Positions 11,715-25,365 of a stretch of 64,000 nt of DNA are shown here, piece by piece; position 1 is the first letter of the stretch, and every line of letters starts with the position of its first letter. The DNA comes from Octopus vulgaris. Its lineage: Eukaryota. The notes beneath the pieces were generated by a model, which did not search any database, was not told the DNA's origin, and saw only the letters and a program-made list of their open reading frames with translations. The stretch is taken from contig OX597822.1 of the NCBI GenBank assembly GCA_951406725.2, forward strand, positions 102,672,001 through 102,736,000. Reading direction: 5' to 3'. The translations under genes were made by a program, and so were the position numbers.

Positions 11715-13319
11715 AAAGATTAAATATTTAACGTAAGTCACAAATGATTTTTAACTGCTACTGATAAAGCATTCAAAAAGAAAAAACAAACAAACAGTGG
11801 ATCTGAAAATATTGCTTTTCATATAAAAAGTAATTTAAAATGACTGAAACAGTAAACTAAACTACAACCACAAAAACAACAATGTAGGTAACCTCACAGG
11901 ACACTTCAATAAAATGGACAAAAGTTTAAAATCGTAGCTCTACAAAGTTTGGTTACTTTATATTAAATGAATGAAATTTTATCCTCAATCATTTGTTTTA
12001 TTTATTATTAGCCTTATTGAGGGGGAGGGCACTGCTCATCACCTTTTCCTAAGTACCTTCCAGATTAGATGAATCTTTCTGTAATAAAAGTTCAACTTCA
12101 GTTGCTAACAGTTGGGAGAAGAAAAATATACAGATACAGACACAGTTACAAGGAGCCTCTGTTTCACAGAAGAATTGAATAAAATGTTTAGTCAGGAATC
12201 AAGAAAAAGTAAAACTGTCACAACAATGATAAGCTAAAGTAATGTAGAAAAAAACATTTTAACATCTTGTTTAACATTTATATATCTAAGGCCTTCTTAG
12301 ATTGAGATGTAAGGATAACTTAGTGGAGTTAGTGTAAATAATGTTTAATTTCAGCTTTACTGGGTGGAAGGGAAATGTCAACGGGAAGGTAAGTTCAAGA
12401 TAAATTACAACTCTAGAAAAGGAGAATTGGACAAAATGAGCCAAGTGGGTTGGTAAAATGTTAGGGATGGTGGCAAGGAGAGAGAAACAAGCATAGCAGT
12501 CTTGGATCAGGAGAGAATAATATAATCAGCAATTCCAGGGATGTAGTGACTCTAAAAGAAAACAGCTCAATGGTCAGTGGTTTACAATCACCAGCTGGAC
12601 TGTGGCTTCTCTTCAATACAATGTAGTAGCGTGTGTGTGTGTGTGTGTATGTGTGTGTATGAGTGCATGTATGCGTGTGTGCATGCACATGCCAAGGGAG
12701 AAAAAGAGAAAAAAGGAAGATATAAAAAGATGGGGGGGGAAAAGAAAAAAAAGAGAAGGGATAGAGCCTAACTTCATTACTCTTAATGTGTCAGTGATAG
12801 TACAGAGTACTGAAAATTTTCAGTACATAAAGAGAGAAATAAGGTTTTGCAGCCATAGACATCAAGGAGGTCATCAGAGAAGACTATAAGAGATTGCTTG
12901 AAATAAGAGTCACAGGGAATGTGATGGCTGAACAAAGCAATGAGGAAAATTAGAAAAGACAGAACTGTGGATTTGTTGTTGAACTTTGGTGTTGTTGGAA
13001 GTAATAACTGAAGACAACCAGGACTAACAGAATATGAAATTTGTGAGTCATTAAGGGCACAGTAAGCAGTCACACCTCCTAAAGGAGGGGTTACTTAAAT
13101 CCAAGTGACACAGCAGACTAGTGTTTGCTAAACATAACCAAGTTCAATAAGCCTCATACTTCTTATTCTCACATATACAAGTAATAAATATTTTAATAAA
13201 TGGAAATATAAAAACTTCAAAAATATGTTACCATTTTAGTGAAGTGTCTGTGAGTTAATAAATATCTAAAAACTTGTGCAAAAATTAAAATAATTAAATG
13301 AAGTGTCATCAAAACAAAC

Positions 13320-13407
13320 CGTAAGAATCGGAGCCGTTCCTGCACTTGTTGAATATGATTGAATCTGCCATCAGGATAAATATTACTAGGATCTTCAAAT
13401 GGATGTT
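13320..13407 (-). CDS. USP9X: USP9X coding exon 15 (EHPFEDPSNIYPDGRFNHIQQVQERLRFLR)
   Basis: ttttag acceptor, CG|GTTTGT donor, 88 nt; phases 1 and 2 fit the neighbours. Confidence 0.92.
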
Positions 13408-13816
13408 CTAAAACAACAAAAGAAGAAGAATTTAAACCAGACAGAAAGATTGTGATTTTATTCTATTGTTCAGTAATTAATTCAAATAATAACATTCAAC
13501 TACAAAGAATCGTTAATTTGCTCATTTTACAAAAATCAGTGAATATTTTGGAACTTAGAATTATTTGCCTATTATTATTATTATTATTATTATTACGGCA
13601 GCAAACTGGCAGAATTATTAGCATGCTAAGCGAAATGCTCAGCGGTATTTTGTTAGTCTTCACATTCCAAGTACAAATTCTGCCAAGGTTAACTTTGCCT
13701 TTTGTCCTTTCAGGGTCAATAAAATAAAGTACCAATCAAGTACTAGTGTCAATGTCAACTTTCTCTCCTTGAAAATTGTACTATAATAATAATAATAATA
13801 ATTATTATTATTATTA

Positions 13817-14320
13817 TTGAGTGAGAGAGCAGAGCATGCCATCAAAGTGACACCCAGGTAAAATATATGAAGCCCAGTATACCCATCATGACTACCAGTC
13901 TGATAAGGGTACACTAGGCACATGCATCACAACCATATGTGCACAACATGGTGATCTTGTATCAAGATAAACAGCACATGACCTTGCAGGTGGGGCCCAG
14001 TTAGAATTTTCTTCTAGTCAAGTCGCCCATTCCACTCAAAAGGTCATTGAATAAGGGTTGTTTAAGGATGTTGAATGAAACACCCACGTTTCCAGAGGTG
14101 AATTATCCAAACCTCCAAGAATTCCTTTCAATACATGGCTATGATGCTCCCCCAATACTTCTACTCGTGATCAGAGATGCACATATTGTCAGCCACTAAA
14201 GGACATGCTCAACTGGTTACGGTCAAACAACTGACAAGCAAGTCTGTGGTATTGAGCAGAATATTTGCTGTAGCCCATCTTTTATACCAAGACAAAACAA
14301 TATACATGATAACACTCCAA
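13817..14320. repeat. Unclassified interspersed element between (TTA)n tracts, flanked by degraded SINE copies
   Basis: Block of higher GC bounded by (TTA)n microsatellites; only one copy in the window, so family unproven. Confidence 0.35.
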
Positions 14321-15888
14321 ATTATTATTATTATTATCATTATTATTATTATTAAGGCAGCAGGTTGGCAGAATCATTAACACATCAAGCAAAATGCTTA
14401 GAAGCCTTTCTTTCACCTCACAGTGTTCTGAGTTCAAATTCTGCCAAGGTCAACTTTACCTTTCATTTTTTTCAAGTTCAATAAAATAAAGTACCAATCA
14501 AGTACTGGAGTTAGTGTAATTGATTAACTCCCTCCCACTAAAATTGCTCACTTCGTGCCAAAATTTGAGACATTATTTTTAATATTAGCATGTGAGGCAA
14601 AACAATTAGTGGTATTTTGTCTGTATTTACATTCTGAGTTCAAATTCTACTGGGGTAAATTTTGCCTTTCATCTTTTCAGGGTTGATCTAACTGACTAGC
14701 CCCTACTCTCAAAACTTTAGGCCTTGTGCCTATAGTAGAAAGAATTATTATTATTATTATTATTATTTGGCAGAATCATTAGCACGCTGTATATATATAT
14801 GGCAGCATGGAAGGCGAATGTTCAACGATGATGATGATATATATATATATGGATGAAACAGTAAATATACATTATCAGAAGCCTCATTCAAATTATATCA
14901 TCTTTGTCATCATTTTGCATCCACTTTCTAAGCTAAAATGGATTGAACAGGTTGCAATGGTCAGAGTCAGCACACATTTGTGAGTACTGCTCACCTAGAC
15001 AGGTCAGAGGAGTGTGTCTCGCATAGCATTTTTGACTAGGATTCAATACCAACCCCTTTACAGAGTGTACTGGATGCATTTTTTTTTCATGGCACTGCTC
15101 CCAGACCAGTGTCATATCTTCAACAAGTATAAAGGACCCTCACAACCTCACACTTTACTGAGTGTACTAGGTGCATTTTTTTATGGCACCAGCACTTGAG
15201 AGGTTATCATGACCATGACATGCTTAAAGACACCTCGCAACCTTACGTCTATGCTCACTCACCCGTCTATTTACAGAGTGAAAATCGTGAATGATAATGG
15301 AAAGAGGGATGTGTGACAGTAGGATAAGTGATAGGGGTTTTCAGGATTCTAAGACAGATTCATATATTCAAGACAACAGGGCAATGTGACAAAGAAACTG
15401 AGAAATGACAAAATTCATCTAAAGTCACAAAAAAAGGGGATGCTCTTTTCCTTTAATGATTAGTCATTAGACTGGTTACAGTCTAATGACTAATCATACC
15501 AGGTCCAAGAGTTTATTTGTTTATATCCACCCCAGTACCTTGTTTGGTAATTATTTTATCATCTTTGGAAGGAGAAAGGTAAAGTTGACCAGAGAATGTA
15601 ACAAAAAACTAAGTGATTTATCTGATGCTCTACAAATTCTGCCAACTAGATACAAATAAACAGAACAGATACAAAAACAAAAAATACCAAAAGTGATGCT
15701 GTTATCATTTAACCAACCATCCTAATATTCTATCCTCTCATATTCAGTTTAGTTAATAACAAAAACATGACTTTTCTTCTTTTTTTTTTTTAAATAAAGA
15801 TATTCCACAATTTACAACAAAAATTAATTAGAAAATTACACTATAATTCATTTTCTAGCATAAACAAAAAGAGTGCAAATAAGTTTAC

Positions 15889-16039
15889 CTTTTGCGTAAG
15901 ACCTGGCATTCTCCATGTAAGTTGCTAAATTTTGAGCTACAAGCATAACAATAGAATGCTGATGGTGTAACTGACTAATAACTTGATTCCTATAATACAT
16001 GTGAGGTGTTCGCTGAGCATGAGGAAAATTTTGAGATGT
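15889..16039 (-). CDS. USP9X: USP9X coding exon 14 (TSQNFPHAQRTPHMYYRNQVISQL...YMENARSYAK)
   Basis: gttgcag acceptor, G|GTAAAC donor, 151 nt. Confidence 0.94.
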
Positions 16040-16334
16040 CTGCAACAGAACAAAAAAGCAAAAGAGAAAATATTACATATAAAATACAGCTGTGTTCAAT
16101 AAGGAGAGATATATTGTGAATTGAATAAGTTCCTCTCAGTATAAGTATATATATGAATGAAATAACAGTCTTTTGGCTGCTATTTCTAAATTTTTCGGTA
16201 TGTGGTTAAGCAACTTGTTGCTAAACCCTTAATTATTATTATAATTATATATAAAACTTCTTGTATAAGTTTTTACCGAATATGGTTCTTTTCCATACCG
16301 AAACTACTTGGTGAAATTTATTAATTAGAAATTT

Positions 16335-16492
16335 CTACACTCATGGAGTGGTTGGCGTTAGGAAGGGCATCCAGCTGTAGAAACACTGCCAGATCAGACT
16401 GGAGCCTGGTGCAGCCCCCCGGCTTCCCAGACCCCAGTCGAACCGTCCAACCCGTGCTAGCACGGAAAACGGACGTTAAATGATGATGATGA
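16335..16492 (+). mobile_element. Short RTE 3'-end copy
   Basis: GGAGTGGTTGGCGTTAGGAAGGGCATCCAGCTG...GGACGTTAAATGATGATG. Confidence 0.8.
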
Positions 16493-16985
16493 AATTAATA
16501 ATTTTTTACCCTATATCTATATGTGTATATATATATATATCATCATCAAAAAACACAAATGGAGTTTAAAATTCACAACTGTTTCAGCAGCATTTTATTG
16601 ATGAATACTTAGTTTACATCATGACTAAAATTTGTTATCTTCATGGTGATTTTAAACAAACAAAAAATTAGGCAGGTAGAACATTTAAGTTGACCACCTC
16701 ACCAAAATACATGAAGAGATTATTTCGTAAGTATTTTCATATACCAAACACTTTATAAACACAATCATATATCCAGCTATAAGAATTAGTAATTTATCCA
16801 AGTCTCTGTGTGAGTGTGTGGCCATCATTCTCAATGTTTAATGTCCACTGTTCCAAGCTTGCCTGGATCAAGTGAAGTTTATTGAGACACATTTTCTACA
16901 GCTGAATATTGGAATTCAATGACAGTTTGTATGACAGTGACACTCGTTTACAACTATTATGCAGTGTGTGTGTGTGTGTATATAC

Positions 16986-17018
<33 letters not shown>

Positions 17019-17031
17019 CATATACACACAT

Positions 17032-17332
17032 GGAGGCGCAATGGCCCAGTGACTAGGGCAGCGGACTCGCTGTCGTAGGATCGCGGTTTCGATTCCCAGA
17101 CCGGGCGTTGTGTGTGTTTATTGAGCGAAAACACCTAAAGCTCCACGAGGCTCCCGCAGGAGGTGGTGGCAATCCCTGCTGTACTCTTTCGCCACAACTT
17201 TCTCTCACTCTTTCTTCTGTTGGCCTGCTCGCTTAGCCAGCGGGGTGGCATCATTTGAAGGCTAAAACAATGCGAAGCGCATTGTGACCAGCAATGTGTA
17301 GCAACAGCTGATAGCCTCGTCGATTACGGTGA
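17032..17332 (+). mobile_element. tRNA-derived SINE (GGAGGCGCAATGGCCCAGTG head), full length
   Basis: A/B-box-like head, (TA)n flanks; close copy on the minus strand at 46861-47163. Confidence 0.8.
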
Positions 17333-18926
17333 TATATATATATATATATATACACTCACAACAGGCTTCTTCCAGTTTGTATCTACTGAATACACTCACG
17401 AGGCTTTCAACTGCTCAGAGCAATAGTAGAAGACACTTGCCCATGGTGACGCAGCATGGGACTGAACCTGAAACCACACAAGTGGAAAGCAAATTTCTTA
17501 ACACACACCTGCAACAAATAGAGATAAAGTAGGAACCTAACTGACATCTAAAAGTCTCAGAAAGCATGGTACTGCCTTTGAGGATCTCAGCCAATCTACT
17601 ATTTATATCATTCTCTCTATTTGTTGAGCCACTAAGTTACACGATACACACAGATGACAATGACAAGTCCCTTAACCCCTTGAGGATTGTCAGACCACTG
17701 CAGCTATGCAGCATATCTAGGGTGAGAAAGCCTGGTGGAGCCCATCCCACTCCAGGCTAATCTTATTTCTGCAGCAGAGTAGACCGGCGCAATGTGAATT
17801 GAAGTGTTTTGCTCAAGAACACAATGGCTCGCCCAGTCCAGGGATCAAAACCACAATCTTACAGTCGTGAATCCAACACCCAAACCACCAAGCAACACGC
17901 CTCCACTAGTGGTACGCATTTCTATAACTGAGTGGACTGGAGCAACATGAAATGAAGTGTTTTGCTCAAGAACAGGAATCGAAACCACAATCTTATGATC
18001 ACGAGTCCAACACCCTAACCACTAAGCCACACACCTCTACTATACACATGGATACAACATACAAACACAGGTATTCATACCAATGTAAACAAGCACATAC
18101 ACACACACACACATACATACATGATGCATGCTTACACATTTTCTGGCTACCAAATTCTACTCAAAGTATTGACCAAAAAATTGGCTATGCTAAAAGATAT
18201 TCGCTCTATGTGCTATGCAATGGGAATGGTCCCAGAACCAAGCAGTTGCAAAGCAAGTTTCTTAACCAAGAGCTATTCTTTGAGCTGTTGAATTTACAAA
18301 CTAGAATAAGAATCACACAGAAAATGAAGTAGAGGTTATTCCTTTATTCTAAGCTAGGGATTTCTTCTGTCACTGCTGGTATGATTATGTCTTACAGTGC
18401 CTCTGAAAAATGGAGTATTGAGAAAGAAGTCTTGGTTTTGGGTAAAGGAATTTGTCATTGTTTTAATGTCCAATTTTCAGTAATCACTTGGAATTTGTTG
18501 AGGCAGATTTGCCCTTCCTGTTACCAACCCTCAATCATTTCCATGTAAGATTAATATTTCCACATAGATGGAAGACTGCAAGTGAAGGACACTGCTTGTA
18601 AGATGAGGACACTCATTTACAACTATCATGTTATGTCAAGACAAGGAGGCACTAACACACACACACACACACACTTGACTATCTTCTTTCAGTTTCCATC
18701 TACCAGAACCACTCACAAGGCTTTGGATGTCCTGGGACTATAGTAGAAGACACTTGACCAAGCTGCCATGCAGTGGTACTGAACTTGAAACGTTGTAGAT
18801 CAAACTTCTAAACCACATAGCCACATCTGTACCTAATTATTATCATTATCATTCATACACACGCATAGACACAGAAAAGGAGTGTCAAGATATAAGGATC
18901 AAGTGACAACATAAAGAGAAACTTAC

Positions 18927-19043
18927 TTCAGGAAATAACTGACATATTTCTCTAATTTGTTTCAAGGCAGGTAAAACCCATTTGTCATTCTTCAGCTCTT
19001 CAACAAACCTGCTAATCCACTGCATTTTCTGACTATCACGATC
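18927..19043 (-). CDS. USP9X: USP9X coding exon 13 ([39 protein letters not shown])
   Basis: ctctcag acceptor, GAA|GTAAGT donor, 117 nt. Confidence 0.95.
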
Positions 19044-19120
19044 CTGAGAGGAGAAAACACATGCACATAATGTAGAAAAAATATAAGCAATAAACATTTT
19101 GTTAGTATACTTTTGTCGAA

Positions 19121-19685
19121 ATAGATCTTTTGGGATGCTGTCCCAGATTTTGTAATTTTTTAATCAAGTGAAAATTTTCAAATTTGGCACATTGATGTAA
19201 TTTTTTCACACTGAATCCGAATTTGGGGTTCATTTATTATCAGAAAAATTAAGGAAAATGTTACGGAAGTTCAAAGTTTGATAATTTTTAGTCCAATCAG
19301 AAAACAGCCAGCATTTTCTACATGTTTGCTGTCTGTTATCTATAACAAAATGACAGACAGAAATAACACAGGCACAAAATGACATCACTCATCAAAACTT
19401 GTGGTGGTAGTTGCAATGGTGAGAGTGTCAGACTACAGCTTTGCTTGTTACTATGAAAACCAATACTGAAATTTAAAGTCATGTGTATAATAGTGACTTT
19501 TGATTGGTTGAAATTAACCAAAATTTTCAAATTTTGAAAGTTTTTTATTTATTAACCTATGGCAAAAATGAATTTCCTTTTCATAATTAGCATACAAAAC
19601 TAAATCAGTATACCAAATTTGAAAACAACTAGAACAAAATTTAACAAAATATGAAATCTGTGAGAGAAACCAAAAAGATCCAAAT
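19121..19685. mobile_element. Unclassified non-autonomous DNA element
   Basis: GATCTTTTGG...CCAAAAAGATC inverted termini; shares the TGATTGGTTGAAATTA motif with the element at 1-720. Confidence 0.5.
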
Positions 19686-19689
19686 AGAT

Positions 19690-20233
19690 GGTCTTTGTTC
19701 CAATTAGTTTTGAAAATAACGAACTTTGTAAAATAACTTTGTGGTTATTAAACTGGTTTGGAAACAAAATGAAATTTTAGAAGGTTTTAATTTATATCAC
19801 TTTAACTTTTTTTTCTTAAATTTCAATTGAAAAACACAGTCTTTGTTTCAATTAACTAATGAAGAATTTAGTAAAATAACACTGTCATTATTAAGCTAGT
19901 GTTTAGAACAAATTAATAGGAGATTTTAAAGCAAGGTTTTAATTCAGATCACACGATGTTTGTATTACAGAATGACTGGCAGTCTCAAGCTGGATGGTAT
20001 CAAAAGGATTAACCCTTTTGTTACCATATTTCTGGCGAGATGCTCTGTGTTTCTTTCAATTAATTTTAAATATAACAAAGAATTTAGTAAAATAATTATA
20101 ATTAAGCTAGTGTTAGGAAGATAAATTGTGACTAAGGTTTGGTGGAGGATTTTAATTCATAACTTTCGAAAACAAGACATTTGTATTACAGAGCCCGAGG
20201 AGGTTTCAGCCAGGTTGGCATCAAAAGGGTTAA
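19690..20233. mobile_element. Tandem piggyBac-type MITEs sharing a TTAA; complete copy at 20009-20233
   Basis: TTAACCCTTTTGTTACC...TCAAAAGGGTTAA preceded by degraded copies that end at the same TTAA. Confidence 0.75.
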
Positions 20234-22055
20234 ACATTTCACTCATCATACTTTGTTGCAGATTGACAATATAAATCATAATTTTCTTTATGAAAGTAGG
20301 TGGGAGAAGAGAGAATTTTTTTAATAAACTGCTCTGAATTTGTATTCAATTCTTTTTTCCCTGACTTCCATTAATTTCCCCTTTTTGTGTTTTTGAGAAA
20401 CATTTCACAAATTTACTGGAAGAAAAAAAAAACATCCTTTTATGAGAACAAATTCTGACATTTTTGGGGTGGGGTCTTGTCAATTACCTCAGCCCCAGTA
20501 TTCTACCGGTACTTGTTTTATCAACCCTGAGAGGATGAAAAGCAAAGTTGACTTTAGCAGAATTTGAACCTGGAACATAAAGCCGGACGAAATGCTGCTA
20601 AACATTTTGTTCTCTAGATTCTGCCAGTTTGCCAACATAATAACTATTTTAAGGACTGGGGGTCAATGAAATCAATTTACCCCTGCCACTAAGGCAGCGA
20701 GCTGGTAGAATCATTACACGTAAGACAAAATGCTTAGAAGCATTCTTTTCTGGTTCTTTATGTTCTAAGGTCAAAATACCACCAAGGTCAACTTTGTCTT
20801 TCATCATTGCTCCAGTTCACTCAGCTGTAGAAATGAGTTGTGATGTCACTGGTGCCATGTTGTATTGGCTTTTGCCTTTCCCTTAGATAACACCGGTGGC
20901 GTGGTGGGAGAAATGTGGTATGCATGGGCAACTGCTGGTCATCCAAATACCTTGCCAAGACTTGTACTTCGGAGAGTAACTTTCTAGGAGCAATCCCACA
21001 GTCATTCATGAATGAAAGGAGTCTTTACACTTTACACTTCTAGTGAACTAATATATGGCAGAATACTTTTTTATATTCTCCTCCTCATTCAACATTGTAA
21101 TGAGTATTTCTCTACCAATCTCAGAGGTTGTGCAAAAAGGTGATGGGGGGCACTGCCCTTCTTGCGTTCATAAGCCATTACATACTATGAGCACAGAATT
21201 ACTACAATACTGGTTTCTTTGGCCACACAAATTAGAGAAGACTAACAAGTGCAAACATTCTCAGATCTCATCTCACTCCTTTTCCCAAATCTTCCTTGAT
21301 TTATCTAAGTTTAGATTTGTAGCGAAAATCTAAATACTAGATTTCAAAAAAAATTTTTTTTAACTATGAAAGTTTATCAATCTAGAAAATAATGACTTTC
21401 TTTGATGAAGCACATGACCCATTTTGTAAACAATGGTACAGTAGTGCCTACTTTTTAAATCTAAGAAGAATGAACAGTAAAGCCAACTCTGGTATGAATT
21501 GATGTTATTGTTATGAACCCCAAACGATGCATACCATCATCATTTTAACTTCCATTTTTCCATGTTTGCATGGATCAGACAAAATTTGTTGAGGCAACTT
21601 TTCTATGGTTTGATGTTCTTCCTGTCACCAACCTTCACTTGTTTCTAAGCAAGGAAATATTTCCCCATGACCAAACATGTTTTCCACAGAAGACTGGAAG
21701 CAAACAACATAACTTGTATGATGATGATGTTCATTTACAATCACCATGTGACATCAAGACAAGAATACACACACACACACACGGTTGGCTTCTTCCAGTT
21801 TCCATCTACCAAAATTCACTCACATGGCTTAGGGCAATAGTAAGAGATACTTGCCATGCAGGGGAGTGAACCCGAGACCATATGGTTGAGAAGCTTCCTT
21901 CTCAACCACACAGCTATGCCACATACAATAAATAATACACCTAGTTCAGCCCTGAACTACCCCGAGTTATCCCTACCAAATTAAATCTAGAAAATGATAA
22001 ACAACAAAGAAAAACACAATGGTTGAAGAGTAAACAATTTTTTTTAAATATTCAC

Positions 22056-22163
22056 CTGAGAGCAACTATAATCCAGAATTTTTATATGAGCTGTCAGGGC
22101 TTGGTCCATGATCTCAGTCGGAACATCTTCACTATGAGCAAGATTCCATAACAACCCTAAAAC
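22056..22163 (-). CDS. USP9X: USP9X coding exon 12 ([36 protein letters not shown])
   Basis: ccttcag acceptor, CAG|GTGAAT donor, 108 nt. Confidence 0.95.
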
Positions 22164-22909
22164 CTGAAGGAAAAAAGGAAAGAAAAAAAAGGAAATAAAT
22201 TATCATTGGAAAAAAATAAATCAAAATTGTTTTGTTACTTAAATCTTAGAATCAATCTTAAGATCAATAATAGAAGTTTTACTGTTAAAACTATTTAAAT
22301 AAGCAACAACAGTACTGCTTGCCAACTGCAATAGAACTCAAAGCATACAACTTTGGTTGACACAAATGTAAACAAAATACACAGTCTCTCTCCCCATCTC
22401 ACAAACTCCAAGTTTCTAACCACCAAAACCTTGTGAAAAGATTTTGTAGAAGACACTTGCCCAAGATACCATGCAGAAGGACTGAACTCAAGATCATATA
22501 GTTGCAAAGTGAACTTCTCAACAACATAGCTATGTCTGCACATATATGTTATCATCATCATCATTTAATGTCCTCCATCCATGCTGGCATGGATCGGATG
22601 GTTTAACAGGGGCTGGCCAGACTCCACCATACTTCTATGTCTGTTTTGGCATGATTATTTTTTTTTAACAGCTAGATGCCTTTCCTAACACCAACCACCC
22701 TGCGGAGTGGGCTATATCTATAATAAAACCTCTCCAATTGAAGCATAATGATATGCCAAACAATTTAATTACGGAGATGTACTTGCATAGCGAGTGACTT
22801 GATCTGAGATCGTGTGCTGGAACGTAAACAATTGCTGCGTGGAAGGTGTTTATAAGCCATTTAAGAAATACACAAAAACCGTTAGATTCACTTCAACATT
22901 TAAATTTAA

Positions 22910-22960
22910 TTTGTCAAAATATTTTCGTTACATTGAGACCACGACCTGTTCACTGACAAA
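22910..22960 (-). ncRNA. Minimal type I hammerhead-like motif with G3-C8 core, probably from a Penelope-like repeat (about 22770-22960)
   Basis: UUUGUCA-GUGAACA-G-GUCGU(loop)GUAAC-GAAA-AUAU-UU-UGACAAA; perfect 7-bp stem I, palindromic tetraloop in place of stem III. Confidence 0.6.
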
Positions 22961-23157
22961 AGTTTTTTTGTCTGAAGCAATAACATTTCACAAAACAGAG
23001 CACCCCTAAGAAATGGAAAATGGATAGGGTAATAGCTAGTCTCCTTCTGTGACCAGTAGAACTATCTAAAACAGTTTGTCATAGAAACATATCAAATAAT
23101 GGAACAAATAAATTAAATGACAAGCCAAAGTAAAAATATATTACAATATTTACAAAC

Positions 23158-23256
23158 CTTATGAGCCATAACACCTTCTTTATCATCCTCTGCTAATCTC
23201 CTAATGAGCTCTAATAACTTTTCTCTCTGCTTTCTCATAGCATTAGTCCAGCTTCC
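23158..23256 (-). CDS. USP9X: USP9X coding exon 11 ([33 protein letters not shown])
   Basis: gttatag acceptor, AAG|GTTTGT donor, 99 nt. Confidence 0.95.
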
Positions 23257-24702
23257 CTATAACAAATAACATAAAAACATTTACAGAAATTTATTTCAAA
23301 ATCAAATCTTCAAATTTTAAAATTGTTCTAAGCAAGTAAAAACATAGAAAAATATATTGACCTAAAATTATAGTTACATCTTGAATTTTACATTGAGAGT
23401 TCTGCTACATATTTAACAACATATACATGGGTTATATCATTTTAAAAGGATAAGTGTACTCCAAATATTTTTTTTTAAATTATCAAGTGCAGAATCAAAG
23501 AATTAATTTATAATAATACAAAACAGCAGATGCGAAAAAGAAAAAAATGTAACACTTGTAGATCAAGTTTTATTTAAAAGGATTGTTTTTACTATAGCAG
23601 TATCACTTAGATGAATTCTCAAAACTAAAAAATTTTTCTTTTAAATTAGGGTTAGGGTTAGAGTTAGGAAAATAAAAGGCTGGAAAATGCAAGAGAGAGG
23701 AGTCAAAGACAAGAATTAACTATTACTTCTGTAAGAGATTTAGATGGTACTGTGTAAAGTAAGAACAATCATCAATTTTAGGTTCTTTTTTCCAGGTTTA
23801 CAATAGGTTTACAATAAAACAGTTTTCCACCTGTCCTTTTTCTTCTTTTATTTTTGTACTTATTGGTCTAACTTGACTGTTTTTTCCTCAAGACTTCTTA
23901 TGTCTGTTTATATTATAGATACTTTCCCTACAAAACTCAGGAAATATTTTCTAACAACTTTTAGTCTTTATTGACTGTTGCAAACCTCTGGGGTTTAGTA
24001 AATTTCTCAATTTATTTGCACAACATCCACCTCACAAGTTATCATAACCTATATTCATCTTGAACTTCTCCAATTATTCAAGTTCTTTGCCAAAATGTTA
24101 TACCGCACTAATACTAGCTTCTGAAGAACCCGCTTCATTTTTTTAATAGAATAAAATCATAAATCTTTTTCTATATCTCTCAAGAACATTACTCACTCAT
24201 TCTACCTCCTATAATGATTGCGTCAACTACAACAGCAAAATTTGTCTAGAGGACCATTGTGGAAACCTCAAGACCTTAAATTCATAGCAGCCCATCCTGG
24301 AAATGTTAAAACCTTGAAATCATAGCTGCCCTGAAAATTTCAAAACCTTGAACTCAAGGATCCTGAGATTTTTGTATTTTTATACACGTAAGTAAAATTA
24401 AATGGCAGGTAGCAGAATAGTAATACACTGAGTAAGGACACAAGCACTTATCTAAAAGACTTAACATTGATGAAAATCGATAAGGGCCAAAATGGACAGA
24501 AACAATCCAAATTATACATGTGAATGAAGTAACATGTTAAATGAAAATTTTTTAATAATTTGTTTTGTTATCAAATACACCATGAATTTACAAAACAAAA
24601 TTTGAAGATTTCTCTCAAAACTTAATATGATAAAAATCCCAAGATAATAAAAAAAAAAAAAGAAAAAGGGAAAAGAAAAAAAAAAAAAGAAAATCTACTC
24701 AC

Positions 24703-24807
24703 TTGAAAGCATTCAAACAAATGATCTAACTGTTCAGGAGAGAAATCCCATGCCAATTTAGCCAACAAGTCATGAACGTTTTTTACAATAGCTTCATGTT
24801 TTCCAGA
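24703..24807 (-). CDS. USP9X: USP9X coding exon 10 ([35 protein letters not shown])
   Basis: ttttcag acceptor, CAA|GTGAGT donor, 105 nt. Confidence 0.95.
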
Positions 24808-25206
24808 CTGAAAATAAGTAAGAAATATTTAGTGATATTTCGTGCAAGCTCTAAGAAAAAAGAAAAAGAAAAGGAAAAGAGTAACAGTTCTAACACCTTG
24901 ACTGTGGAGGTACCATGAGCCCAGCCATCTTCCGGAAACAGGGATCATTTATAGTAGCAGTGGAAAAGGTAGAGAGAATAGGTAGTACAACAGTTATGTT
25001 GGAAGATGAAGTATGTCTATGAATGATTTTATCAATTAGTCAGATGGTACTTTTCTGGATGTGATCAAGGCTGTGTGCATGTGTGTAGCAGCAGTAGCAA
25101 CTATTGAGGGCCTCAACTGAGCATTGAAGAGCATCAATAATTATTAGGAGATGACATATCTTCTGGCCCTGAAGAGAAGGATTGGTCATTAGGATGTGGT
25201 CCAGGT

Positions 25207-25365
25207 CATCATCATCATCGTTTAACATCCATTTTCCATGCTAGCATGGGTTGGACGGTTCGACCGGGGTCTGGGAAGCCAGGAGGCTGCACCAGGCTCC
25301 AGTCTGATCTGGCAGTGTTTCTACAGCTGGATGCCCTTCCTAATGCCAACCACTCCATGAGTGTG
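25207..25365 (-). mobile_element. Short RTE 3'-end copy
   Basis: (CAT)n tail plus conserved terminal domain. Confidence 0.8.

Noticed and set aside
16568-16653. Possible minus-strand hammerhead (UCAC-CAUGAAGA...GAAACAGUU-GUGA)
   Set aside because: Core has an insertion and stem II pairs poorly; too degenerate to support.
17032-17105. tRNA-like sequences (also near 25577, 39247, 47163, 58462)
   Set aside because: They are SINE heads followed by family bodies; no intact cloverleaf is evident.
23645-23668. TTAGGG repeats
   Set aside because: Only about four units, probably repeat-derived; not a telomere.
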